From: Tubiluchus corallicola | Taxonomy: Eukaryota > Animalia > Priapulida | Direction of reading: 5' to 3' | Assembly: GCA_030141605.1 (NCBI GenBank) | Contig: JAQGDQ010000305.1 | Span: forward strand, 218,563 to 282,562 | DNA: 64,000 nt | Part shown: positions 39,511-50,824 of the stretch, one piece after another | Numbering within the stretch: position 1 is the first letter of the stretch | How the letters are laid out: each line of letters starts with the position of its first letter | Notes under the pieces: model-generated | Seen by the model: the letters and a program-made list of their open reading frames with translations, nothing else | Database searches by the model: none | Told to the model about the DNA's origin: nothing | Made by a program: the position numbers and the translations under genes

Positions 39511-39638
39511 GTTTAAGAAAAGTTTTAACATTATATTTTAAATTCGGTTACCATGGTATATGTGCCTCCGTATTAGGAAGTATAATTATGTGTGCTACCA
39601 TCTAAATAAGGAAATGTTAAATTGTGTTTTTGCCGCAG

Positions 39639-39745
39639 GTTGTGAGGTGACACCCGACGTGAACATATCATCTGGCAAATATGGAATTAGATTGATGGTG
39701 CCGACAACAGATGGCATGCAGGAGATGTGGTTACGCTGTGAATCC
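39639..39745 (+). CDS. FERMT2: Kindlin exon (PH domain)
   Basis: gcag|GT...TCC|gtgag; GCEVTPDVNISSGKYGIRLMVPTTDGMQEMWLRCES. Confidence 0.95.
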
Positions 39746-40106
39746 GTGAGTTTCTTCTGACATACATGTAGTTTTACATCATTTTGCTTATTATGAATTC
39801 ATTAATTTTGTAAGGTAATAAGACCTGACAGAAATTTGTCTTGCATAGATGGTGTTTTGCTCACCTTTTGTTGCTTTAGATTTTGGCCTGTAGCATTTAG
39901 CAAGATAGTGTAAAGTATCCACTCCCTGTGTATTTTCCAAGGTTTTCCTCTTACAAGCATACATAAATCAGCTCTGCAACTGGACTAGTAGTTTGACTTA
40001 AAGTCTTAAAAACTTACAACTGCTTCAACTTTGTTTTTCGGATAATGAGACCTACGTAAAACTTCATTGTGATTAAATTTTATCTAACTTATTGATTTTT
40101 TTCTAG

Positions 40107-40322
40107 GACAATCAGTACGCGCGTTGGATGTCTGCTTGTAAACTGGCTTCAAAGGGCAAGACGATGGCGGACAGTTCTTACGAGGCAGAAGTGTCATCCA
40201 TCTTGGCGTTTCTCAGCATGCAACGACCTGCTCCGGCTCCAGCAATCAGCCCAAATCAAGCCGAAATCCAGCCGGATCAATTCATTGCACCAAGATTTTT
40301 GAAAAAATTCAAGTCGTCAAAG
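40107..40322 (+). CDS. FERMT2: Kindlin exon (PH end / F2)
   Basis: ctag|GAC...AAG|gtata; QYARWMSACKLASKGKTMADSSYEAEVSSILAFLSMQ...PRFLKKFKSSK. Confidence 0.95.
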
Positions 40323-40535
40323 GTATAGACATAATGTAATGTTTTCAGTTAAAATAAATTTTCACTAGTTGACATTTTTGGCAGCTCATACGAGTACTAT
40401 TGTTAATCATTATGCATCTGATGACACTACTTTTTGATGTGCATTCTATTATTTTTGCTTAATGTAAACATTTTTCAGTACATTCAGTAGTAGCTGGTAG
40501 GTTTTCAAGCAGCAAGGAAAACCTGTCTTTAAATA

Positions 40536-40726
40536 CAGTCAAACTTCTTTTTCCCGCTTACTTTGGGACTACAAAAAAGTTGGCATTATAGCAAGTTTGG
40601 TATTATCAGCAGGTGCATTGATACTTACATGTCTGTGCAAATATAGATACTTTGTTTTGCAAAAAATGTGGGCATTAAGCGAGGTTGGCATTATACAGGG
40701 GGGGGCATTATAATGAGGATTGACTG
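40536..40726. mobile_element. Tc1/mariner(pogo)-type MITE
   Basis: ta|cagtcaa ... ttgactg|ta; internal ggcatta repeats; related copy at 890-1049. Confidence 0.75.
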
Positions 40727-40881
40727 TAGTGTTAAAAGTTTCCTTTATAGCTTTGTTATTTTGCATACTATACTGATGATTTTCAGCATTTTCCTATTTC
40801 TGTTCTCTTTGCGCTAGGTAGACACTGTTATTTCACTTATTTCTTATTTGCTATGCAGTTATCATTACAATCGTGTTTCAG

Positions 40882-40956
40882 TGCTGTAAGTGTTGTAGTC
40901 GCTGTTGTGAGCCATGCTGTTGCGCGTGTTGTGACACAAATGCCAACCATGGTGAG
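40882..40956 (+). CDS. Candidate kindlin cassette exon encoding a cysteine string (CCKCCSRCCEPCCCACCDTNANHGE)
   Basis: tgtttcag| acceptor, |gtgagc donor, 75 nt, no stop, phase 0-0 matching the host intron; GC-richer than its flanks. Confidence 0.65.
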
Positions 40957-42490
40957 GTGAGCGTGTGCTGCCATCTGTATGTGAAATGCCAAAATGTTAT
41001 CACAATAGTAGAATTTTGTTTCCTGTATCATGCACTTCTTCGTTGCTTGCCTGAATTGCTTGATTGCATTTTAAATCGTTTTTGCCTTGCAGTTAAGTTT
41101 TTAATTGTGCTGCTGTATGGTTTAGAAAGTATTTCTTACTAATGCAGCGTGCACCAATGTGTGCCTAGAGTCACCTATGCCAAATAATTAATTCTTGCCA
41201 ACCTCCTTGCATTGATTTTTTTCGTTTGATCTAGTGTTTGTATCACGTGACCAGTTTGTAGAATGTTTCAGATGGCATTAGCAGTATAGGATACAGTCAG
41301 TTTTCATTAATTAATTATGACTGTGATTGGCAGAATTTTGATAAACCATTGTGGTTTATTTTACCAATTATTACCCATGGCATGTGATAAATTGGAGAAA
41401 GAAGACACTCAAAAATTTTGGACTAGTGAGGAATTGTACCTAAGATCTGGGATTAGTACTCCCCTATTCCAATTTGGGAACAGTCAGTTTTCAGTTCGTA
41501 TATTTGATATTGATGTATTTAATAAAAAATGTTCTAAATTTTCATTTCTTTGTACGTATGGTGGAGAAGCTTAAATAATACCTGACACAACACCTGATTT
41601 AGTTGCTTAGTTTGCATTATGCAGAGCAGGGCTTGATTGTATTGTGCAAAAGAGAAAGTTTGTACTTTCTTGTTTTTCGTGTATTGTGCTTGTGGATGAT
41701 ATGTTTGCTTGTGGAATGCTAAGTGTTCCATATGTGAACAAGTTTTCAGATTTGGATACATTATTTATCAGATTTGGGTACATTATTTATCCAATGTTTG
41801 TAGTCGGTTTTCACTAATTTACTGTACCCAAGACAGGCGTAGCATTTTAGATTGCAGAATCACTGATGCTGTTAAGTAAAAAGTATTTGCTGTGTTTGTA
41901 AGAATAAAGTTTCAAATTTCACATTTTCAGCTTGTATTAGGGAAATTGTATAAGTATTAATGAAGTGGGTGAAAAGTGAAATCAAATCAAGATTACAGAT
42001 ACAACAGCAAACCAATATGTCCATTAGGGGGAATAATACCAAATTATAAATTGCATTTCTGTTTTAAGATTTACCAATGATCTATTCAGTAGACCCATTT
42101 TTAGTATAATGAGCATATTACATACACAGTTTAAAATGTAAAGTTTTCTGTTATTTTACATTTACATTTATACAATAATGGCAGGCATTATTGCTCTGTT
42201 CTGTTGCCACGATTTTTGCTTGGCTTTATTTTTGTATTATCAAGATTATATTTGTTATTTTTGTTTAACAGTGCTTTTTGTTTTGTAGCTTTCGAACTTG
42301 AGTCTTGTCATTAATAACTTGTGTAATAAAACTAAAATAATGTATACTTACTTTATTTCATCATCACAGGCTAAATTAGAGTGCTCTCAATGGTTTCCTT
42401 TGTGCATTTGGTAGAAAATCAAAGTAGGATTTGTAAAAAAACTTTTATCTTACTAATTTTAATGTAAACTGTTTGTTCATTCTGCTTCAG

Positions 42491-42637
42491 ATGTCCCATC
42501 GAATTTTGGAAGCTCATGCAAATGTGTCAGAATTGTGCCTATACGACGCGAAGATGAACTATATCAAAGCATGGCAAGCTCTGCCTGATTTTGGGATAGC
42601 CTATTTCACTGTTAACTTACGGGGTTCTAAGAAGGAA
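42491..42637 (+). CDS. FERMT2: Kindlin exon (F2 end / F3 start)
   Basis: ttcag|ATG...GAA|gtaagt; [49 protein letters not shown]. Confidence 0.95.
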
Positions 42638-43619
42638 GTAAGTGGTTCAGATTAGCTGATTGGGTCAAGTGAGGTCAGTTGGTGATAGAGAGGACAGGTA
42701 GTGCTAGGATTGCTGATTTGGTTATTGTTGTGTCATGTTCCTATTTCAGTGTCCTTCATTTTGGCACACCTTAAGCTGGAGTAGTCATCTGCAGTGCTGT
42801 GCCTACATAGTGTAGAGAGTTGTGTTGAGTTGCAGTGCGACTTGTAATCCTTTAAGGTGAGACACTGAATCATCAGAGGTGTCTTTGCCACCTCTTTCAA
42901 TGGAGAAGTAGCCAGAATCAGTAATGTGAACAAAAACCCATGAGAGTGAGTATTGAGCTCGGCAGTCATACATCCAGTCTCTGACGAGCCTTGCCATTTC
43001 TTGTTTGGTAGTGGAGCACACAGTCTGACCAATTAGCTATTCACTGCACCTGTGTCACCCTTTTGTCTGTGAGTGAAGTGAATAGGCAGTGTGTATGGTC
43101 GCTCCTACCTTTCTGAATGTTCATATGGCACCGAACACTTCCTGCAGAGTAAAAAGTGCATAACATAGGTGAAGCCAGTTACAGTGTCTTGCAGAAAGAA
43201 ACTTGTTTTTGATTGTGTTGAAAACATGCCTTAACTTAGGTTGAGTATTGCACTAAGAGATACGTTTCTCATATATGGGAAACGTTAAGCACTAAGTGAT
43301 GTACAGATTCTGCTTCTATTGTGATGTGTGAAATAGGATTTTAGTTGATTATGCTGTTTAGGAGATTCCGTTCTGTCAGTGTTGTAGGCGATATAGGTGT
43401 GAATAGTCAGCACTACAATTTTAACTGCATTTTAGTAAACTTCTGTTCATTGCAACTTTCTGTATACATGCTGTCTTGTAGTGCTAGCTTTTATTTTTGG
43501 CAATGATTTTTAAGTTACTTTGTAAAGCTCACTTGTTTATCTTACACTAATGCAAAATACGTTCTTGACATGATAAAGTACATTCATTAATAAACACTGA
43601 TCAAGTAAAACTCTTGCAG

Positions 43620-43730
43620 GAGTTGATTGGCATTGCATACAACAGATTGATGCGGATGCACCTTAGTAATGGCAATGCATTGAAGACGTGGAGATTCAAT
43701 ACAATGAAGGCTTGGAATGTAAACTGGGAG
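43620..43730 (+). CDS. FERMT2: Kindlin exon (F3, integrin-binding)
   Basis: gcag|GAG...GAG|gtgag; [37 protein letters not shown]. Confidence 0.96.
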
Positions 43731-44753
43731 GTGAGCAAGTTTTTAAATACTGTTTCTTCATAGAGTTTGATAAACTACAAGCTGGTGTCCACTAGGACCA
43801 CAATTCAATGAAAGACAGTTGTTTGTGGACAGGTAGGACCCCATGAGATGAAACTGATAAAGCTGTCTTAACCGCATGCGTCTGAGTATACGTCACCCTC
43901 ATATAAGTAAAACAGAAGGATGCAGTATGGCAGTGAATAACATGAAAGCTGGCTTTTTTAAACAAGATCAAAATTGTTATAATCATATCAGTTCAAACCA
44001 TTTTTGTTTACTCCATCACCAGTGTAAGAACAGACAGTTTCTTGCAACTTTTATAGGTAACAGAGAAGGAAGCAGGGAAAAGAAGTGTTGGTCAGTGAAT
44101 TAGCTGCTTTTTGTTCAAAATGGAAGTTCAGGTTTAAGGCACAAAATGTTTTGACTAGTTACTATGTTTATATGTATCAGTGCATATAAAACAATAAGTG
44201 ATTTGTAATAAATGAATGAGTACATTTTCATGCAATAAAAAGTGAACAAGCTACTGTGGCACAAAACAAAAGAAAAATCAACTAAAAAAATTAATAAACT
44301 TCAAATACATGTTCCTCAAAGCATTCGACACAATTTTTCAACCAATTTGTTGAGTAATAATCAAATTTATTTCAGTAAGTGAAATCAAGATACATATGCA
44401 TCTCTAAAATAAGATATAAATGGGTTACAGATTTATTCTGCCAAAATGCTGTGACTTCTAACAGTAATGGGTTTTCTGTTCGTTGCATAAGTCTACTGTG
44501 ATTAAACATGTTATATTTGTGTCATTGCTTTGCTATTTTGTAGATTTACGCTTTTTAGTGCTTCTGATCACATACTCATACTATGTAATAGTAAAGCAAA
44601 ACGATGTATGCTGTTCAACCCGACCTGATAAAATTTGGATGGCACATTTGCAAAATGTTCGGTTGAGTATTTATAATAATGCATTTTAAATCTTATGTTG
44701 TTATTTTTGCTTCATTTAGCTGATGTGATACACTTCCCTTGTTTCTTTCTTAG

Positions 44754-44933
44754 ATTCAACACGTCATCATCAATTTTGAGGAGGAAGACGTCGTATTCTA
44801 TTGCACCAGTGCTGACTGCAAGGTTGTACATGAGTTTATTGGTGGCTACATTTTCTGCTCGATGCGCTCGAAGGAATCGAGTCAAACTCTAAATGAAGAG
44901 ATGTTTCACAAATTGACTGGCGGATGGTCTTAA
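44754..44933 (+). CDS. FERMT2: Kindlin terminal exon (F3)
   Basis: ttag|ATT; ...[41 protein letters not shown]. Confidence 0.96.
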   Translation: MQHVIINFEEEDVVFYCTSADCKVVHEFIGGYIFCSMRSKESSQTLNEEMFHKLTGGWS

Positions 44934-47571
44934 CGTGTTTGCTTCCAATGCTTTACAGGGCAATGACTTCACGTAATAAAAAATTAAAGAACTTATAATA
45001 CATTTTAGGCCTTCTATGTGTATTAGTTGGCTAATCCAGAAAGTGCCTGCCTGCCTGTTAGTTTCTACTTTTTAAACTATTAATTTTTACTCTGTTTTGC
45101 GTCATGTTTTAGTGAGCTTTGCATTTACTAGTTATTAGATTATGTTGTGTCTATGTTGTGATCTGCCAGCTGATTATTTACTTTGAAGAATGATTTAGAT
45201 ACAACAAGATCTGTTTTTTGGAGTTATATGCTCCTAATATAGCAAGTTCTCGGAAACAAATTATTCTGTTGTTATCCATTTCTCATGTTTGATAATTAGG
45301 CTGCTGCTAGGCTGTTCTTGCTGATTCTGAGTGTGGACTTTGTTCTTGTAGTGTGTTCCATTCTCAGTATTATTATTGAATGTTTAAAGATAGATTTGGC
45401 CTTGGAAAGACATTATAAGCTGAATGACTAAAAGGTTGTCATTTATGCTCCTTGGCATGCCATTTTAACTATGTACATTTGTAATGGAAGTGTTCCTAAT
45501 AAATGTATGAGAGACCATTGACATAAAGAATTAGGCCGATAGAATTCAATAAAGATTCAATAAAATATTTAATGTAGCTCATTTAACTGTTAGTATTGCC
45601 AGAAAATTTTTGGGTGTACAGGGTTAATGCTTTTCGTTAATTAATTCTGCAGCTTATGAGCATTGTTCCTGAGATGATTAAGCATGATTTCATGTATTTA
45701 GAATCAGAGGTTAAATTTGTACTTTACAGAATAGCTGCCAATGCTGAAAATTGGCTGTGATTTTTTTATTCGATGTTTGTAAAATTTCATTGTCCTTAAA
45801 TATCATTAAGTAGGAGTGAATTCATTAATAATGTGTTAAAGTGCCTTAAAGTATTATATACGTTATAATGTTTATATCATGTAACATAAATGAGGACTGT
45901 TTTAGACACATTTTATGTGTAAGAAATGGATCAGTAGGTTTGACTATTATTAATCCATAATGAGTGATTGAGTCAATATATGTTTTCACTTATACTATAG
46001 AATTATTTTGCTAAGAAATGTTACATCAACAGAATAGACAATCGTTCTCAAATTGTTCTGTAGTATCAGCCAGAATGTGAATTTTGTGGCTTGTAAATTG
46101 TGATTACAATGCCACTTACTTTTTTATCAACTTTTTAAAGTAAACAATTGACTAATTCTTATAAGAACGAAGAAGCTGTAAGACATTTAAAATGCCTGTG
46201 CTTGTACTTTAATTTATCATTTCAAAGTACTCTTCCTTGGAGCTAGAGCCTCTCTGTGAGAAAGAGTGTACAACCACCAACATTACACATTAAAGAGAAA
46301 CTTCGGGTTATGTCTAAAGTGGTTCATATGTCTATTCTCTAATCTAAATTTTAGAAGAATTTTTTTACTGTAAATGAATGAATTCACACCTTTGAAGAAA
46401 TCGATCTGATTGTCTTCACAGTTGAACAGTTTGTAGAAATAATTAGCAAATTGTGTTATGTAAATTTTAATAGCAATTCTTATTCTTTAACACAAGTTTT
46501 TTTGCACTACTAGTGTTACTGTAGCCATTTCATTGTATAACACAAAATGGTTGTATTAAATTGGTGCCGGTACCCATAAATGTTCTGATGTTTTACAAGC
46601 TAATGATATAGCAGTTGTTTTTATTATCATGCCTTTAAATTGATTTTTCAGTTTTTAATTTTGTATAAGTTACAGTTAAATGCCATATAATATGCTTTTT
46701 GCTTTTATAGTAATCTAGTAATTTTGATGTTGTATCTTTGTTTTTTTAATTTATTACAATCATGGTTGTAAAATTAGCTTTATTGTAATACCGTATTAGG
46801 AGATCTAATGTAGTAATTTTAGTAATAATTGTCACAGATATCTGTCCGTCTGGCTTAGTTTTATTTTGTTGTAAATTCTGTACAAAATGACTGTGGTTAC
46901 AGTTTCGAGTTGTGACTCATTTTATATAATTATTACTGTACACATAAGTTTTATTAATTTTGTAATAATTAGGTGAGTGAATATTTAGTTATCTTAGAAA
47001 ACAGTGTGTTCTTAATTTTAATAAAATAGAATCTGAATAATAGTGTAGTATATAACCTGTATCACTTCTTGGTTTTTCAGCCTTACAATCTTTGTTTGTT
47101 GTGGTTGTTCTATAAAGCTGTGTAATGAAGTATAGAAATTATGTCTTGAAGTGAGTCATTCCATCTTCTGTTAATTTGTGACACAGTCATAATTATAGGA
47201 GTTTACAGCATGGTTCCTGGGAATCGTGTCCTATAATTATTATTTGCATTGTAGATTTAGCAATGACAGTGTAGCTAATCACTCAAATTAATTATACAAA
47301 TTTAATTCCATTTTCTTAATTTATCAGATTTGAAATTTGACTGAATACTCTGTATGATGGTGGGCAGTTGATCCATAAAAAATATGCAAGTATATAAAAC
47401 AATAAAAAGTATTTTCTCTCGCAAATTCATTTCAAATGTGATAAATAAAATAATGAGACAAAGTGTCACATTTCTTCAAAATAATGCAAAACAAAGAAGT
47501 AATAAAGTTATTCATGCTTGCATGTACTTTATGTACTGTAGATCTATTTTGTGCAACTGTGTGTGTAAATA

Positions 47572-47995
47572 CTAGTCTGTTGTCGTCAAGAATAATTTGA
47601 AAAAAATTACTTTTACTGTTATGACCATTATTTGGTTAACTCAGATTATATAGGCATATAATTAGCAGTTTAGGTTCAATCTTCACAATGGTTGTTAAGT
47701 ATTAATTACACGCACTGATAATCTGCTTTTAAGGTGAAAAACTCACAATCGGGTTACATTGTGACCCGCAGTTTAGCCTAAGCGAAAAAAGCAATATTAT
47801 AATATAAGAAGCATTATACTTTTACGGCCTTGGCCTAGTTTAACTTAACTTGTTGCACTTTGGCTAGCAGTCTGTCGAACTTTTATAGCATATTACATGT
47901 TGAAATACATGTTCCCAAAGCTAATAAGGAAAAAAATAATGATACTTAAGTATGATGTAATTTTTTTCAAATTATTCTTGACGACAACAGACTAG
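47572..47995. mobile_element. MITE with perfect 39-bp TIRs and TA flanks
   Basis: ctagtctgttgtcgtcaagaataatttgaaaaaaattac (47572-47610) is the exact reverse complement of 47957-47995. Confidence 0.9.
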
Positions 47996-48068
47996 TATAG
48001 TTAATATCAAAATATAGGCATAATACTGTTTATTAATATACAAGCCAACTAGCTGACAGTGGTTTCAC

Positions 48069-48941
48069 CAGGGGGCGGATCATAGATATTTCTATAGGAC
48101 GGAGTGACTGACTGACAAATAGGTATTGCGGATACGTGGTTTCTCCATTCAGCTTTCACATAATCCGCGTATTTTGTGATGCGGTTTTAGCAGTGCGGAT
48201 AAATAAAATTTAATGATATTCAGAGATGGAGATAACACCTGATCAGGGTCTGCGCGACGTGAAAAACGATTAACAATGAATTAACGATGAAATCTTAATT
48301 GAAATCCCTATGCCTTACAAATCCGCATTTTGCTATTATGTGACAGGCGTCCGCAACCGCTCTACTAAATTAATTCAAATGCGCATCCTGTTTACATGGG
48401 TATTTTTAATGGGAATCCGTATAATAATCAGTATTTTTAGCTAATCTTGGTTCAATAAACCAAAAAAATTTTTTAAATCAGTGGAAATTACACTCTGTTG
48501 CAGGGTGTCCACTAGATGTTTCATTTTCATTGATTAATTCCAAATGTAAGAAGAAATATTAGAATATTCTCTACCTGATGTTATTAATTTCACATTAGTA
48601 TTTTTGATAGCAAATAAAAGATTTTACTACTGCTGATGTTACTACTAGTACAATAGTACGTTCGTTTAATGATTAATGAAGCTGATTATTATTTTCATTT
48701 CATTGTTATTCAACCTGGTAGCTTGTGACGAGTGTCAGTCTCATTTTCTTCGCACAATCCACACATTGTTATCTATCGCGAATTAACATTAATGACTAAT
48801 GAAATCCGTGAAGATCCGATCCGCCTATTTTTGATCAGCATCTGGTCCGCATTTTCCTTATCTTTATAGTAGATCCGCATAAGATCCTAATGGCAAATGT
48901 TATGGTTCTTGGTCCGATCCGGTCCGCATATGGTCGCCCAC
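48069..48941. mobile_element. Degenerate hAT-like element with GCGGAT/ATCCGC subterminal repeats
   Basis: gcggat repeats at the left (48075-48200); atccgc/gtccgc/gatccg repeats at the right (48800-48930); ends gggcggatcata / tatggtcgccc. Confidence 0.55.
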
Positions 48942-49001
48942 ACGCACAGCTCATTACTGGAATGAACTGTCAGCTGTTCACTTGTTTAAATTAAATTAAT
49001 T

Positions 49002-49443
49002 ATGGCAGACGACGAGAGAAAATTTCCAAATTTGTCTGCTGCACATGCTGACAGGAATTTTAAAGAAATGAACCCAAGAAAGGGTTCCAGGAAAATCAGA
49101 AATTCGAGCAGTAGCCGACTAAAACGCAAAAGTAGAACCTGCCTTACGCCGAACCAATTTGAATTTCTGGAAAACTCGTTCAATGCAGACCCATGGCCGA
49201 GCACAGCTCAGAAAGTTTTTATTTCTTCAAAGATAAACAAATCGTTTCCGTTTGTGAAAATATGGTATCAGAATCGTCGAGCAAAATTAAGGAAGGACCT
49301 GCGAAATGATAATACCTTATCCAGAATCGCTGAAGACTCTAGCGAGGAGCAACTGATAATTTCCAGTCAAGAGACCTGCCACAGTGGTCGAGCAAACGTC
49401 AACCACGAAAACGAGTTGCAGAGACCAACGGTAGAATGTAATG
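49002..49443 (+). CDS. Divergent Q50 homeobox protein (PRD-like), exon 1; homeodomain at 49122-49301
   Basis: KRKSRTCLTPNQFEFLENSFNADPWPSTAQKVFISSKINKSFPFVKIWYQNRRAKLRKDL aligns gaplessly to 60 aa with R5, Q12, L16, F20, P26, W48, N51, R53; donor G|gtatgt. Confidence 0.85.
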
Positions 49444-50392
49444 GTATGTGATTAACCTTTTTTGCACTGGCTAGGCCACAAAATTGTACATAAACCAGAT
49501 TAAGGCCAAAGCTGAAAATTTTGACACAGTCAACTTAAAAAATGTAGCAATTTCATGGACAACACCTGTGAAACAGCATATTTTAGTGGGCAAATCGTAA
49601 TTTTAGGAATGTCGTCTAAAAGTTACCTTTTTGTGGTTTCAAATCGACAAAATTTACAGTTTTGGTATTATATAGGCCTAACCCTGACAATAAACGACAG
49701 TGTTAATTTTAATAAAACATAATTAAGGTGGCTACCCATTACCATGCGAGCAGTATGACCCTGGCGTGGAATTCAACAACGAAAGATCATGAAGCCAGTG
49801 GAGATCATCCAGGGACCATCCTAAAACTAAAGAACATAAAAAGGCTAGATGAAACATTGAGTTAGCAGACTTGTTACTAAGTGGTTGACCTCAAAAAGAA
49901 GACACACAAAATGCTGCAACATGTCATAATCAAAGATCATTTCAGGTCAAGGTTGGCCAGTTAGAAGTAAAATGAATTTATTTCTGATTTTGTTTTATTT
50001 TATTTATGATTCAATTTAATTTACCTTTCATTTCAGCTTTAAAATTGTCATAATTATAACACACTACAAAGATAAATTACTATACACACAAAATACTAGC
50101 TCTACTAAATCCACGCAACAACAAAAAATATTAAAAGCTAATCCAGACAATAAGAAGGACAACCACAAACAAAAAAAAACTCGTAACACCAACTTAGTGC
50201 TATAATATTGTGCATCTCTTAAATAGTGCTTTTCTATTTATTCTTGTGATGATGACTTTTTGTGTTCTTTGATAGCCATCACAAACGACGTAATGTGTGA
50301 CATGACGACTGCATTAAGTTACTCATTTTACTTTTTCTTGAACAAGTGCTACATTTATTCACCATTGAAATCACGAAACTGTTATATTTCAG

Positions 50393-50502
50393 AGTTGATG
50401 GTAACAGTTAACTCAACGTCTGAATACCCCACTGTTTCTGGTGTTCTAGATTTGAGTAAGAAGCACACACAATCTCACTATGAGCAAGCTCAAGTACAAC
50501 AG
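50393..50502 (+). CDS. Homeobox gene, probable exon 2 (may instead run on to a stop at 50514)
   Basis: tttcag|AG is phase-compatible; LMVTVNSTSEYPTVSGVLDLSKKHTQSHYEQAQVQQ contains a PxDLS-type motif. Confidence 0.6.
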
Positions 50503-50569
50503 GTATCATTATAATGCTTTACCACTGCATACTCATGCGTTTTTCTTTTACCATGAAAAATCATCTTCG

Positions 50570-50650
50570 GACCAGACGGTTTAGTCTAGTGATTAAGGCG
50601 TCCGCTTTATGTCTGGGAGGTCGCGAGTTCGATACAGCGGCCAGGTACCT
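50570..50650 (+). mobile_element. tRNA-derived SINE head
   Basis: A-box-like tagtctagtg and B-box gttcgatac with tRNA-like spacing, but no intact acceptor stem. Confidence 0.6.
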
Positions 50651-50725
50651 GCTGTTGCCCTGCCACGGTAAAAGTGGGGTAATAATAATAATATCTGTTA
50701 TGTAGTTGTAGATTGTTATTTACAG

Positions 50726-50824
50726 TTGGTCCAAAAGCTCTTTGGAGCTTACGTTAATTGTTCATCCAAAAAGCCGACTTTAAATAAAGATATTAGTATT
50801 ATTATTTCCTCAAATAAGTTGTAA
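50726..50824 (+). CDS. Homeobox gene, possible terminal exon 3
   Basis: tttacag|TTG phase 0; LVQKLFGAYVNCSSKKPTLNKDISIIISSNKL*; splice geometry only. Confidence 0.3.
   Translation: MVQKLFGAYVNCSSKKPTLNKDISIIISSNKL

Noticed and set aside
40822-40881. In-frame hydrophobic extension (TLLFHLFLICYAVIITIVFQ) upstream of the Cys exon from acceptor gtag|40822, resembling a TM helix
   Set aside because: T-rich polypyrimidine tracts translate as hydrophobic residues by default, and a TM segment inside a cytosolic FERM domain is topologically implausible.
48660-49001. TAAT/ATTA clusters upstream of the homeobox gene suggesting autoregulation
   Set aside because: Expected by chance in DNA this AT-rich; no canonical P3 palindrome.
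50570-50650. Possible tRNA gene
   Set aside because: A and B boxes are present but the acceptor and T stems do not pair; treated as a SINE head.
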